A stretch of 64,000 nucleotides of DNA, taken from NCBI GenBank assembly GCA_047495785.1, contig JBLDXI010000009.1, positions 1,984,001 to 2,048,000 on the forward strand, read 5' to 3'. Within the stretch, counting starts at the first letter, position 1. Every line of letters begins with the position of its first letter. Origin of the DNA: Lepidodermella squamata. Taxonomy: Eukaryota > Animalia > Gastrotricha. Position numbers and translations under genes: made by a program. The notes under the pieces were generated by a model. That model saw nothing but the letters and a program-made list of their open reading frames with translations. It was not told the DNA's origin and made no database searches. Below are positions 12,567 through 26,060 of this stretch, one piece after another.

Positions 12567-14410
12567 ATGGAAACTAAAATAATTTGCAGCGAGATTTCGA
12601 CTTCGAACGGATACGTACCTCCAAGAAATTATTCCTTGTCAGCTGATGGCAAGAATGTTGTTTTGTGCTCGTCTAATACTTCCCAAGGGAAAGGAAACTT
12701 CTGGGGTCGCTGCAAACAAATTTTAGCCGTACGCAATCTTGAAAAATTAAAATCAAAGCTTGATTCAATTAATAATTAAAGGAAATCTTCCTGCCGTATG
12801 GATATCCAGATTCGGTTTCTGAAGATTATTTGGCTTATCAATTCTGGGACACAGTTCAAGTCGGTTGATTGCGATGATGCAAAATCATAAAAAAAATTGA
12901 AAATAATTACAGGCGTTTTGTAGCAGTTTGGTCGGAACATTGGCAACGCACGCTGTTTTAACAGGTTTAGGCGTGGGTAGTAAAGATGCTACTCCTATGG
13001 CTGCTACCCTAACCTGGCTTGCGAAAGGTAGTACAGAAGTTCCGACTTTCTTCGGTATATCTTGAAATCTTACGTTCAGATGGTCTTGGAATGGTGGGTA
13101 GGATCACATTTGTTTGGTATCGAGGGTTTGTTATATCTCGATCACCAATATAAAATTTGGAATCAATTATTTTCATTCATCAGATGCGATCTCGACAACG
13201 ATCTCAAACGTTGGCGATTCGTTGCTGATATTTTAAATGATGCTGGTACGCAATTTCATAATCCAGCTGGAAATCTCAGAATAATTTGTCTTTCAGCGTT
13301 TTTCGTCGACATGCTCTCAGCAGCCATGCCTAAATTTATGTTCGCCCCAATGGTTTGTTTCAGCTCAGCTAGTCGAGCAATTGTTGGAGTCGCAGGTGGG
13401 CACAGAAAAAAACGTGCGAAATTAGTTTCATTGGTTCATTTTAGGAGGGGCCACTAGGACCGCGTTGGTTCAACATCAAGCGCGATGGGGCAATGCCGCG
13501 GATGTTTCGGCCAAAGACGGTAGCCAGGAAACGATCGTCAATCTGAGTGCTCTCATTGTCAGCCTGCTGTTGGTTCCTTACGTTGAAGGACAATTTTTGT
13601 GAGTTGACATTAATTTGAACTATTTACTCGGAGGGCTTCTGTTGACTTCCGCTTTCTGCTCAAATATTTAATTCACCGCATATTTTTACAGCTTAGTCTG
13701 GTTCTTGTATGGCCTCCTCACGTTTTTCCATTTATTCGCTAATTATCGAGCTGTGAAGACCTTGCGGCTGAGAACTTTCAACGACAAAAGACTTGCAATT
13801 GTATTCGAAGAATTTGCTAGAAGCAAAGCCGTACTCAGCGTCGATGAAGTGAACACCGCTGAGCCAATCCTGCTATCAAGCTATGGCTACAGTTGCGACG
13901 TACGCATCGGTGTTTCGCTGGCTGAATTTTTCGACAGGTGAGTCTGAATTATTAGCCAGATCTGCTATTTTTGCTCACGACTTGGTTTTATTCAGTTTCA
14001 AGTGGAAATTCGACTCTTGGGAACAGCTGCAAAACATTTTTCGAAGCGAGAAATTCGTACTCTTTGCAGGTGAGTAATCGGATTTTTAAGGTGTTACTTG
14101 ATAATACGGACCATTGATTTCCCAAGATTTTTCTCAGCGGAGGATAAGAGTTGTCTTGAATCAGAATGCTGATGCCCAGGATGTTATCTTTTGTGGTTAC
14201 ATGTGTCATTTGTTGAGTCGGACCGGCGCTTTCCAATCACAATCAAGTGCTAACGAGTTGAATGAAATAGCAGCTGTGTACAAAATTGCATCATCTGATC
14301 GAGGCAATTTTTTCAAGTCGGCTACAGCTGCCGGCTGGAATGTCAACGAGCACAATCTCACTATTGCCGGTCAATATCGTTTTGAGAGTGTCACAAACAA
14401 GGCGCAATGA
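12567..14410 (+). CDS. RUSF1: RUS1 family protein (C16orf58, DUF647)
   Basis: Spliced product contains FLPYGYPDSVSEDYLAYQFWDTVQAFCS, DLKRWRFVADILND, GGATRTALVQHQA, DVSAKDGSQET and HLFANYRAV. Confidence 0.93.
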
Positions 14411-17400
14411 TTCATTTAGCGATGTTATCTTGCCGGGCGATATCATATACGGACTCTATATCTTGACTGTTATGCATCTTAATATTATTATTAAGTTTTT
14501 CGTGGAATCACGGTGCACTCAGGTTCACCTGTACATGCTAAAGTTTAAGAAACTTGTTTGTTAAACTATTTTTTTCTTTCTGGCACTCATGTCATTTTGT
14601 AATAAAGATACATAAGCTACGGCAAAATAATACTATTACTTGAGTTTTTTACCTTGTTGTTTTTTAGACAGCCCAAAAGGTTAGTGCTGTGTCCATTTAT
14701 ACAGAGCGTGGCGATAACGACATGTTTTAGGCGTTTGTTTATCTACAATCAGCTTTTTTCCGACGACGAAAACATGTTTTTTAGCCCGCGTCATAATGCC
14801 GTCCTAGGTTTTTTTGATGAGACGCTGATTGAGTTGCATTGCACGCGCCTTCTTTCCTGCAAAAAATGACATGGCGCCGTCTTTTAGTGTTTCAAATTTC
14901 TATGATTGTGTTATATTATTTTCCCCATATTATGCTGTTTACTTGAAGTGACAGTATTCATTTCTTTATTATCGCACGGTCAAATTCGATCGCGGCATAG
15001 CGCCTAGATACGAACGTGTGTCTTTTTCCTTGGCATGTTACGGTACTGAGCAGAATATTAGAAATTTATTGCATTACTATCGAGGCAAAAGTAGCGATGG
15101 ATATTCACAACATCCTTTCATCAAAATTTTTTGCAACCTCAAGCAAGCAGAGGATTAATTATTCCACTTGATCTTCAATCGATTCTTGGCTGTTTATTGT
15201 ATCTTTTTCTATAACAGGAATGTGTTAGCTTGTTTTTGTGGACACATTGCTCTCTTTACAAGACTTTCTGTGAAACTGATAAGCCAAAGGCGGCCAAATA
15301 CCCTATAGGAAATTTCCTTACGTCATCGCCTCTGTACACTACTGCTTGTTTTTTTTCAACTTCCGGCTGATAAAACATGTTTATTTGCTATAACGATACA
15401 GCGCGTGGAAGTATCGCTTATGCAATAAAATATTACATTCTGATGTATAGGCGGTTATTTAAATTTGCTCACGTGTAGACACACGCCGGCTGGCTTTTTT
15501 TCTTCAAAACAACTCAAATTAATTCCGCTTTTTCTTATCATTTTGGCCCGCTTCACTTATTTTTAGAGTTTTCATTTCCAGTTAATTGATGTAAGCATTC
15601 GATGAAACTGCCCATTTATTGAAGGGGCCTGCTTCCTGTTGCTGGTCTGAAGTATATAGGACCATTCATCATGATTTACCCACCCCCACTGCGGTCTCTA
15701 TTTTACCCATTAATACGCCGTACAGTTTGTAATTTGCCACCCCCGAATGGCAGCTTTCAGGTCTTGATTGTTTTCGGCTTGATCGCTATTGTTTTTTTTT
15801 GCTGGAGCTATTTGCTATTAAAAACCTCCGGGTGGGCATAATTTTGCATTCTTGAGTATTACGACCCTCGACTGCACGCTTTTTTCGCAGAAGTGCGAGC
15901 GCATTATTAATTTATATGAAGATGCTGTTTTTTACGCGTAAAATACGAAAATAGTGAAGATATTTAGGCATACTACGGCGCGAATTTTTTGCGTGTGCGC
16001 TCGCATACGTTCATCTGATATTTACGGAGTTTCGCTAATGCTGGCATAGCTAATATAGTATTACCAGCAGAAGCAAGTTAGCGCAGACTGCTTCGCGCAT
16101 ACCAAGGCGAGTCAGTGGGGAGGGGCACACGAGCGCGATTAGTTTTTTGCCAAGCTAATAGTATGCACGTAAAACAGTGTTGATGCCGAAAAACTTGTTT
16201 ACTTCGCTGAGGCACGCCGTCTAACACGAATATATGCATTTCATGGTCTCATTTATCGCTGCGCCGTCGCTCGTATATGTATATTGGCTGTAATGGTATT
16301 AGAACAACAATATTGATAGAGACTTGATGTTTTTCTTATAGTTGGCCACGACTATTTTTTATTCTCCCGTAAAATACTATCCCCCCTCTCCACGCATATT
16401 TAGGCGCCCGCCACTCTCTGACCGCCTATCTACATTTAGCCGGCGTGCATAAAATATAGTTTGTACTTGCTTTCGATGTTTTAAACGAGCCCTTTCATAT
16501 TACTGCCGATAACTAGCATCATTCATGTCGGAATACTTGCCTCAATTTTAGAAATCGCTTCTTCCCGGAAATTGATTTGTTCTGTCCCATGGAAATATTT
16601 TCTGTGACAAGAAAAAAATCGTTTTCGTCGATGTGTTTTTATTGCTCCCATCTCTTATTTTTCTTTGTAGAAATAATGAAAAAGTAATCCAAACAGCTCT
16701 AGGGAGCAACTTAATTTAGATTGCATTTTCGATACAAAAAACAAGGGATTTGTATAGTGTTTTTTGCGTGCGTCATTCGGCCTTATTCCTTTCCTGTGGG
16801 GTCAATTTGATGAATGAATCACGTCCTCGTTCTGGTCGGTTTAAAATCTGAGCGCAAGCGCGTACTAGTTTTTTGCGAATATTAAATTGACTTGTGCGAG
16901 CGACAAACAGAGCGATATAAAGGTCTGCGATTTTGTTTTGATCAGCGTTGTTATGACTATATTATTATTGCCCGCTCGCAGTTGTTTTTCATTTCAGCAT
17001 GCTTTCTGGTGGGCGTATGATGTTTTGCCGGTTAAATTTTCAAAGCAGGAAAATCGATTACTGGCAAGGCTCGTGCTGTCACTATATAGCGAAATATTAT
17101 TAATGGGCAAAATCACTACTACGACTACTACTACTACTATTATTGTTGTTTTTTTAACATTATTACTATTATTTGCGCGCACATTTCATTTTTTTGTCGT
17201 GTACTTTGATGCGGTGATATAATATATTATACATCACAGGACTGTTCGTAGTACTACTGCCGTGCGCGATATCATTTTGTAGTAATATTATACTTACCTG
17301 CGTAAAAAACAAGTTGAGCTGGCCCTATCGTGCGCTATTATTTTTCGCGTCAAAGCACATTCAGGGCTATGTTTACATAGGTTTTTTCTTTTTTTTCACT

Positions 17401-17595
17401 CTTTGATGAATTCTGTGCCAACGTCATATTATACCTGGCTCTAGTACGCTGTAGTGATCATGTTGCTAGAGAACAGCTTCTTGATACATTTTACTCATCA
17501 TCACACATTACTTTTTTTGCTGTAGTTGTTTTGTGGTCTTAATGATATTATTTCTCGGGACAATAACACTGGATGATTTTGTTCGGCAGTTTTAA

Positions 17596-20472
17596 ATGGT
17601 TATTGAGTTGCTACCTGTCACAGTAGATTCCCTCATGGAAAACGGCATAACAAGTGCTTCGAATATTTCACTGGACAACAGTGGCTCGCTGACCACTCCG
17701 CCGTCGCCTCCGTCCACCTTAACGGCGACTGACATGCCGCTGAATGGCGGCGGCCTGTCGTCGCGCTCGCCGTCGTCGATGAACTTGAAAAGTTCCCGCG
17801 CGATGGACGAAGCAGCCAAGTCGGCAATCTCAGCGTTCGCGCAAGACCAGGCGCCGTTGCTGGCTGCCATGTTCGCGCAGAGATTCATCCATGTCGCCAA
17901 TCAAACTGGCATCGACGTCGAGTCGCTGCATTGCCATTTTATGGGCGAATTTTTGCCGACGTTTTTCGACGCTCTCCACTCAAGCATGAGCAACGCGTCA
18001 AGCGTGGCCATGGTCGATTGCTGCGAGATGTGTACCGATCTTGGGCAACGCGCTTCTTATCTCTCGTCATCAAGCCCGCCGTTACAGACGGTGCCTCAAC
18101 AACCGCCTGTAGGGTCATTTCAACAGCGGTCGAATAGCGTTTCGTTCGGCACGCGGGGCAAAACTTCGCCGCCGCTGTCCATCGCCGATAATTCGCCTTG
18201 CAACTCGTCTCTTCTCGCCTCGTCAGCTCATACAGCTAGCATTCATTCGTTGAATAAGGCGTCACATGGCAATGGCAATGGAACTCTGAAACACTTCAAA
18301 CACTTCCTCGGCCAATTTGTGCGAAGGAGAACTATCTCGACCAGCAATCATAGAGATCGAGAGGGAAATGTGAGTGAAATTAGGCCAAATTGCCAAATTT
18401 AGAGTTAGGAGCAATTATTAATTTTAATTTAATAAATTCGATAAAATTAGGGACAAATTTTTCTTGGCAATGAGTTACATTTGGAAGTTGAAAATCATTG
18501 ATGCGAAAAAATCAGCGAAGTTTTACGCTAGACTTGGCAGATGCGTTTTCAATAGTAATTTGGGACACATTTTTTTTTCCAAGGAAATAAAGAATCTAAG
18601 TCGAAATAAGCGAAATTTTATGACTTGGTAAAGTTTCTAAATTTTAATCCTTCTGCTATTTCTGCCTCCCTGTTGAAGAATTTAAATTTTTTGGGCTCAG
18701 AGGCTTCACTTTCTCTTTAAATTTCTGACATTTTTTCGCCATTTTGTAATTATTTGACGCTTTTTCAGATTATTCCTTCTCAATCGGAGACTCCTGGGTT
18801 AGCCTCTCCCGCCCTCTCGTTACCCGTTGACGTGGTTCTCGAAGGTGTACTGTGGCTACACCGGAAAGCACCTGGCTCAACTCATACAACACGCAGCACC
18901 CTCAGCAACAGCAGAGATCTCTTGACCAGCATCCCTCAGCAGCTAGAACTCGAACGCGACGATGACGACGACCAGAGCACGGGCCGCGAGGACGGCGATA
19001 CGATCAGTACGGATATGACGAAATCAACTGAATATCTCGACGACTCCCCTTGGCTTTCGTGCCACGTCCGGCTACTGCGCAGTTCAGCTGGGCCGCTCCT
19101 CGTCATCCGGTATCCGGATTCGAATCAATGCGGCATTTCAATGTCAGCCATCAGCGAGGTTCGAGCAGCAACTATTGGCGACGATCTTACAAACGATGAA
19201 TACGCCTTTATTTTAATCGTAAGCTAATTATTTTTCGATTTTTTATGAATAATCTTTTCGATATTTTTTTAGAGTTCTTCTCTGTCATGCCGAGTTTTGC
19301 TGAAGGCGTCATCTCGTGCCGATATGAACCGATGGCTAGACGCACTTCGGCCGTGTGTAGCATTCCACCCGTCCGCTATGGTGCCCCTCTTCCCAGTCAA
19401 CAAATTCGGCATTTCGGTGCCGAACTCGCACACGAACGGCAACTTGAGTGCCAATCACGGGCTCGCCCGGTTCGGTGGCAATCTCCTCGGCAACTACAAC
19501 GCGCCGTCCGACCCGTCGCCAACGTTGAAACGCTCACCAGCCGGCCCGACTGATCTTATCCGCTCAACTTCGTTCGTCGGCAGGCGTCGCATTCAAACCT
19601 CGCCCGCTGTCGATCTTCAACACCTGTATAAAAGCAACAAGCAAAAACACCTAGCTGGTAAGTAATATTCTCATGCTCGGCCAGGCCGGAGCAGAAAATG
19701 ATAATTTAGCCCACAATTCTGCAAAAATTTTCAAATTTTTTCGGGAAATGCAGCAAAAATTATTTCCATCCCAGCTCCAGAAATCATGAGCGTACCCTGT
19801 CCTTTTGTCCCTTTTGGCTTTAATTTTTTTCTACAATTTTTTTCAATTTTTTTCATAGATGACTTTGATATGTCAAACGACACCCCGCGAACCGCCCGGT
19901 CAACGGATATGACGAATTGTCGTGCGGACAGCGTTGATGTCGCCTCGCTAACTACGCCACCTCGATCGCTATCCCCCGCGCTATCGCAAAGCTCGCAGCA
20001 AGGCTCGACGCCGCCCTCCCAGCATCAACAACGGCCCCTCAACACGTACCCATGGTACTGGGGCAAGGTGTCGCGGAACGAAGCGGCCCAGGTGGTTTGC
20101 CGGTGCGGCGAATCTGGCAACGGATGTTTCGTCGTGCGGCAGTCTGAAAGTCAACAAGGCGACTACGTCATCACATTCAACTGCCACGGCGAGGCGAAAC
20201 ATATGAGGCTGAAGGTGAATTAATTTTTTATCCGAGTATATGCAAGTTGTTTTGACGTGCGTGTTTGTGTGATTATTACACAGGTTTTTGACGACGGGCG
20301 ATGTCAAATGGACCAGTACGCTTTTTCATCTGTGCAAGCCCTCGTCGACCACTTTCGCACGAACGCGTTGACAATCGATAGCGATCACAGCGGCGGCTCG
20401 TCAATGGGCAACGGCGTCATGCTTACCAATTGGGTGTCCCACCCAGCTCACGCGGCCTCGCCTCGGCGATAG
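17596..20472 (+). CDS. SH2B: SH2B/Lnk family adaptor (Phe-zipper, PH and SH2 domains)
   Basis: Has an N-terminal Phe-zipper-like helix (AAMFAQRF...FMGEFLPTFF), a PH domain (EGVLW...WLSCHVRL...ISEVR...MNRWLDALR) and an SH2 domain (YPWYWGKVSRNEAA...FVVRQSE...GDYVITFN..GEAKHMRL). Confidence 0.8.
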
Positions 20473-21228
20473 CGGAAAAAGCCCCTTTGAAGTGATAGTA
20501 ATTATATTAAAATATTAGATCCAGTATATTTAAATGTAATCACTTGTGTATTTTCTACTAAAATCTGCAGGATTATTTAAAATCCAACTGACTCGAAGCT
20601 ACTTCGTTTTCTTCTTCCAAATCTGTATTTTGCGCGTATAGTGTTGTCAGCATTTATGAACGCTGAAAATATTTTGTGTCTATGTGAAAAAAAATCCACT
20701 AGAAAAATGAACATGGCCTTTTGTACTTTTCTTCTCACATCACAGATTTTACGGGAAGAGTCTTGTTGTGCCTGTTGTAATGAATGCTATAATTATATAA
20801 TTAATATTATTATGTACAAAAAATTGATAAAATACTTCAACCGCATATTTTCATTATAAAAAAGCAACACCATTTTCTTGATGATAATAATTCACATCCG
20901 GTTATCTACTTCTGTGCGCAAAACATCTGACATGAAATTTTCATTCCTTAAAATTGCAGAAATTACTTCGTTCGCGGAACGAGACGAGCGATTATATACT
21001 GCAGTTGTTTTTATAACGATTTCTTCATGTATGATTTCTTTTTTTTGGTATATGTATCTGGGAATTATCTGGTACTTGAAAGTGACCGGCGTTTTCTTTA
21101 CACTGATCGTTTCGAAAAAATCTTCCTCTGCTAATATTGTGTTGAAAACACGCGCGCTACAGAGTGATAGAGAGAGAAAAAGACAGCTGAATAAATTGAA
21201 ATCGACACAATTTTATTGTTGTTGAACG

Positions 21229-23243
21229 TCAAACGGCAGTGGGGCGTCGCCTGTCGTAGCGTGACGTGCCCTCGATAGACTGATTGTCGTCATTATCATT
21301 ATCAGCGCACCGTTCAATAACAATTGCCTCGTGACCGGCTGTTGCCGCTGTCTTAGCCGGTGTTCTCACAATTTCATACATATCGTCCTCGATCGGGTGG
21401 TGCATCGGCCTCATGCGCATGCTGCTTGCACAGCCTTGAATCGGCGATGGCGGGTCTAGTTCGTCGTCCATTTGTTCAGTGGCAGAGGTACAACCGAGTC
21501 TTCCGGACAAGGGTATCTGCCTGCTCGGGTTCCAAGGTGACGTATGTTGTTTTCCAACAAGTTCCAACGGTGTGTCATCAATGAAAGTATCGATGAAGTC
21601 TGACAAAATCCCGCAGACTTTCAGCAAAATTGCCAGAAATAGGGACAAGCCGACGCCAGATAAGACGGCGAAACCTTACAAATTTAATCTTTCAAAAATG
21701 ATATAATTCTTTCGGGGGTGATTACTCACTTGAAATTTCGTAATTCGACCATCTAATGACCGTGACGACTTCGCAAGGGTCATCTGAACGACTCTGAATT
21801 AAGTTACTGTGGAAAAATTAAAACAATATAAATTTTTAGGATTCTTAAGGCGAACTAACTTCAGCTGATCGACAAAGTCTTTGAATAAAGAAGTCATGCG
21901 AAGGCGTTCCTTTAAATGAGATTTAATATACGATTAATTTGACAGTTTTTTTTAAATATTGTTTATGCCTTTTGCTGCCGTTTTGCGATGGAGGCTGCTC
22001 GCGACATTCCTTGAGATGTTTCGAAGCCTTTCTCATCTGTAGCAGCCATTGCTTTCCTTTGCTCAGCAGCTGCCCCTTGTGACATGGCTGCCCCAGGATC
22101 TGCGATTTGTCGCACTAGGTCATTGTACAAAGGCTCCATACATTTATTTGTGATTTTTTGCAGAAGCCGACCGCCAATAGACAACGAAACCTGCACAATA
22201 TTGTACTCTAAAATGTGCATCCTATCGTTAGATTTTCTTTAACATACCCTTTTCTCTTTGGGAAAGAAGCAGATCATCTGAAAATAATGTACGAGTTAGG
22301 CCTATACAGAGGAAGTTCCGGAAAAATTTACCATATCCTCGTCACACGATCCAGACGACCATAATGCACCTAGGAAATTTTCCGATCAATAATACGACAG
22401 TTTCCGAAATTAAACTAACGCAGATAATGAGCTACGATTTCGTATATATCAGCGTCTGGCCGAATGACCTCCACGGCTTGACCACTATAGGTTCGTGGAA
22501 TGACCAGATTAACAGGCTGAATTGGCACTGGCGGCTGGTAGCTGTCGTCCTCATCGCTATTCGGGGACAAAAGGCCCTTTAACCCAACAAAAGAAATTCG
22601 GCTGGCGTCGTCAAAGAAACTGAAGCTGTTGTTGAACAGCGCCTTTCCACTGATCGGCCGCATTATAGTGGGTATCACTGCCACGTAAACGCTGAAGCCG
22701 CTTTCATAGTGGTTGCAGTGCTGAAAACTATCGCATTGACAACCGGTGACTCTTGGAATGCTGTAGATAACTTTCCGAATTTCCACAGCTAGAAAAAATT
22801 AATACTGTGAGTTGGATTTATGCTGAATAAATTACTTATACCTTGAGCAGGTGGGATTATGTTTTCTGGGTCGCAGATTCGAGTATAGTTTTGACCAGGG
22901 AAAAAGTCAACTTTCTTCAGACCACATTTACCAGGCTGATAGGTTGGGTTCCACATTTGACTGAGAGCTTCAAGGAGTTGAGGATCACGAGTTTGGTGAT
23001 AGGTTAGATCGTTTTCTAAATTTAGCCAGATGGATTTAGGAAAATGCCTTAAATTCTCAGAGACAACGTACGAGGATCATAAAGTCTAACTGTTCCAAGC
23101 GATTTCATTTGAGCCGTGCTACCGCCTTGAGGATAGCTTATCGAAATTTTTAGACGTGAGTCCCCGATTGCGCATAAGCAAAGAGGTAGCAGGTAAGCAT
23201 TAGCAGCCAAAATGATGTGTAGAATTCCGATGGTTTTCGACAT
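21229..23243 (-). CDS. MOLO-1-like (modulator of levamisole receptor) TPM-domain single-pass membrane protein
   Basis: Eight spliced exons give a signal peptide (MSKTIGILHIILAA...), WNP...KCG...RICDPENII, TGCQCDSFQHC...GFSVYVAV, AHYLRALWSSGSCDEDMMICF, VSLSIGG, a TM helix (FAVLSGVGLSLFLAILL) and a cytoplasmic tail. Confidence 0.7.
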
Positions 23244-23970
23244 AGCACTGACAAATAACCTATCACTGGTGTAAAAAATTCCAAATATTTCTACCGCCAA
23301 ACTAGAGGGTTTGTTTGGATTTTGCTCACACTTTACAAGACAAATGGCTAGAGAGCCGCATGACAACATCACAAATTTTCTTGGCCATGCCATATTAAGA
23401 AGCAAAATGCAAAACAACTTCATTTGTGGTTGTGGCATATAGGCCGTTCTCCCTGAAGGGCAATGTGTTCTGGTACAGTCTACTGGTAAATGCACAAATT
23501 GATACAATATTTTCAGCGCGATCAATCAGAGAGTTAGCGATCGCTCGCAAAGAAACAACGCCTAAATTTTGGAAAACAAACACATTTTTATTATTGCTGA
23601 ACGGGTAAATCTGGGGGGAGTGATCGAGGAATTTTATGACATATAGGAAAACTTTTCAGAAGAAAACCTCTCCACCGGTGACCATAAATTTTTAATAGAA
23701 GTAGAGTAGGGCTATCGATAAACGGCTAAAATATACCTATCGAAATATCGAGCAGCTTCTTACAGCGATAGTATATTTTCTTGTACAATGGGAAGTCGTA
23801 TCTCGATAAGTATATGGCTATACAAATTATATCTGTCTCTCTAGCGCGCCTGAATTGGAAAATTAATCCGCTGGGAAAATATTCGCGTCAGTGGTTAGTC
23901 AAAGCATCATCTCGCCTCACTCTATTATAAGCGACATTTATTCAATCAAGGAAATCACGCCTTCATAAGA

Positions 23971-25357
23971 ATGTCCTCTTTGTTTGAGGAGCGCTACGAG
24001 GTCTGCCAGATTATAAGCACTGGTCATCAGTATGTCGAGGGTGTCAACATCATGGAGGACGGCGTACTAAGCCCATCGAAACAACCCATCGAAGTTCACC
24101 TCAGTTGTAAGCGCAGACAGGACAGAATTAACGTGCTAGTCAAGGCAATAAAGTTAACTGCAATAAGTGATAAAAAATTAGCAGTCAAATGCTTGGAGGA
24201 CGTGAGACTATAGCCAATAGGAAACGCTGTTCACACTCGATAATTCCTTTTCCACCAGGCTGCTAATTTATCGAAGATAAAGCGGCACAGCATTTCAAAT
24301 GTATTCGATTGGTTTGAAGGTGAGCCGAAATGCCCTCAAAATTGTCTACATTAAGTGCCTACATTTATTCAGAGAATGGCGGGCTGTATATAGAAATGGA
24401 ACATCTTGATGATTATGGTATGGATTTTTATTTGACGTTGACGTGACTTTGAAAATATTGAGCACGCTGGCCGTAAATATCGACACTTTAATCACAGCAT
24501 AACTTGATAAGAAGATCTAATAACCCGAGGCTATGCCAAGTAATTTTTCTATTGTGATTTTGCAGATCTTTCCATGGCTATAGAAGAGCAGCTCGGTGTG
24601 ACATTCCTGGAAGAGCAGATAGGAAAATGGTTCGCACAAATCGCTACAGGCCTATATTTTCTTCATTCCAAGAAAATTCTACATCGAAATATAAAATCAT
24701 CCAATATTTTCTTCATCAATAATCGAAAGATGGCAAAACTGGGCAATGTAATCTTATCGTTACCTTTAAAAGAGTATATCCAATAGTAAAAAGTGATATA
24801 AAATGATAATGATTTGCCCGTACGTTTTGCAGAAATTTTCGCACAACCGACCCTCCTGAAAGTGTACGACACTTTGCACCGGAACTGTCAGAGCTAGTTA
24901 ACGATAAAGGAGACCGGATTTACACTGCAAAAGGCATCAAAGCTGCTTCATTACCATTCCTTTTATAGCTTTATTCTCTCTAATTGTAGCCGATGTTTGG
25001 TCTCTTGGAGTACTCTTATACGAAATGACAACGCTCATTCCACCGGTAATTTTTTCGATCTGTCGAGTGGCATAACCCGATTTACTGTAAAATTCAAGTT
25101 CGAGGCTGGCAATCAGTTACAGCTTTTTAGAAAAATGAGCAGGTTAATTATGATCTCCAACTTTTCGGCGGAATTTCATTTTTCTTAATTATAGTGCAAA
25201 ACCGAAAGATATTGATAAAAGTTACAGCCATGAACTTCGCAATATCATCGAACGGCTATTAAATCCAGTGCCAAATGATCGCCCGAGCATGCAGCTGGTT
25301 GTTATAGACAAGTTCGTCCGCAAACATTCACCTAGCCTCTTCATCGAAATGATTTAA
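23971..25357 (+). CDS. NEK-like protein kinase, predicted pseudokinase
   Basis: Contains EEQIGKWFAQIATGLYFLHSKKILHRNIKSSNIF, FAPEL, ADVWSLGVLLYEMTTL, PFEA, YSHELRNII and DRPS. HRD is replaced by HRN, DFG by NVI, and there is no GxGxxG loop. Confidence 0.8.
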
Positions 25358-26060
25358 AAAAAACAACGTTTCAGTTGACTCTCCCGTTTTTATTTTCAGC
25401 ATAGAACATAACTTCACTCTTATACTTCTCGTGATGCGCGCATACTCTCCCTCTCTCTCCGATAATCGAGATTTTTAGCAAATTGACAATACTATTTGGT
25501 TGCAACGACAACGCTGATGGGCAGTCATCAAATACAATGAATAGAGCGTGATTTTTTCCATATCGCTGACAGGCAATCACTCGAACAAGAATGGCAGATG
25601 AAAGCTGGTGTTTCATCGAAGAATATACCTTACAAAATTGTCGATCTCCGTTTTTCTTTTAGAATTTTAATTTATATAGTTTTATGATAGTTTTAATCAT
25701 TTTTTCCCAAAAAGCGATAATGAGGTAAAAAGGCACCGGAAATGAGTAGTAATAATGAAATGATAAAATTCAGACGCTCAAATTGACGCGCCTTCGCCGT
25801 AATTAACATGCAGAATAATTTAATCATAATTTAAAAAATGCCTATAGTTTTTAGCTGACCAACAAGCAATGATAAAAATATTGTTGCAGCGAGATAACAC
25901 AAGTTTCAAAGAGGTATATTATGAATAGGCGAAGAAAAGAGACGAGAGGTAGTCGCCGCAAAATTCTGCTATCGAAAAAACGTTATAAATAGTCAAGTCA
26001 GAGCAAGGTATAATACTTTTCATAATGAAGATCCACAATGAGACAGTGACAACAAATCGA

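Noticed and set aside
14411-17595. Short ORFs in the large non-coding regions (also 28400-33100 and 58600-61400)
   Set aside because: AT-rich or low-complexity translations without domains or consistent exon structure; most likely regulatory, UTR or intronic DNA.
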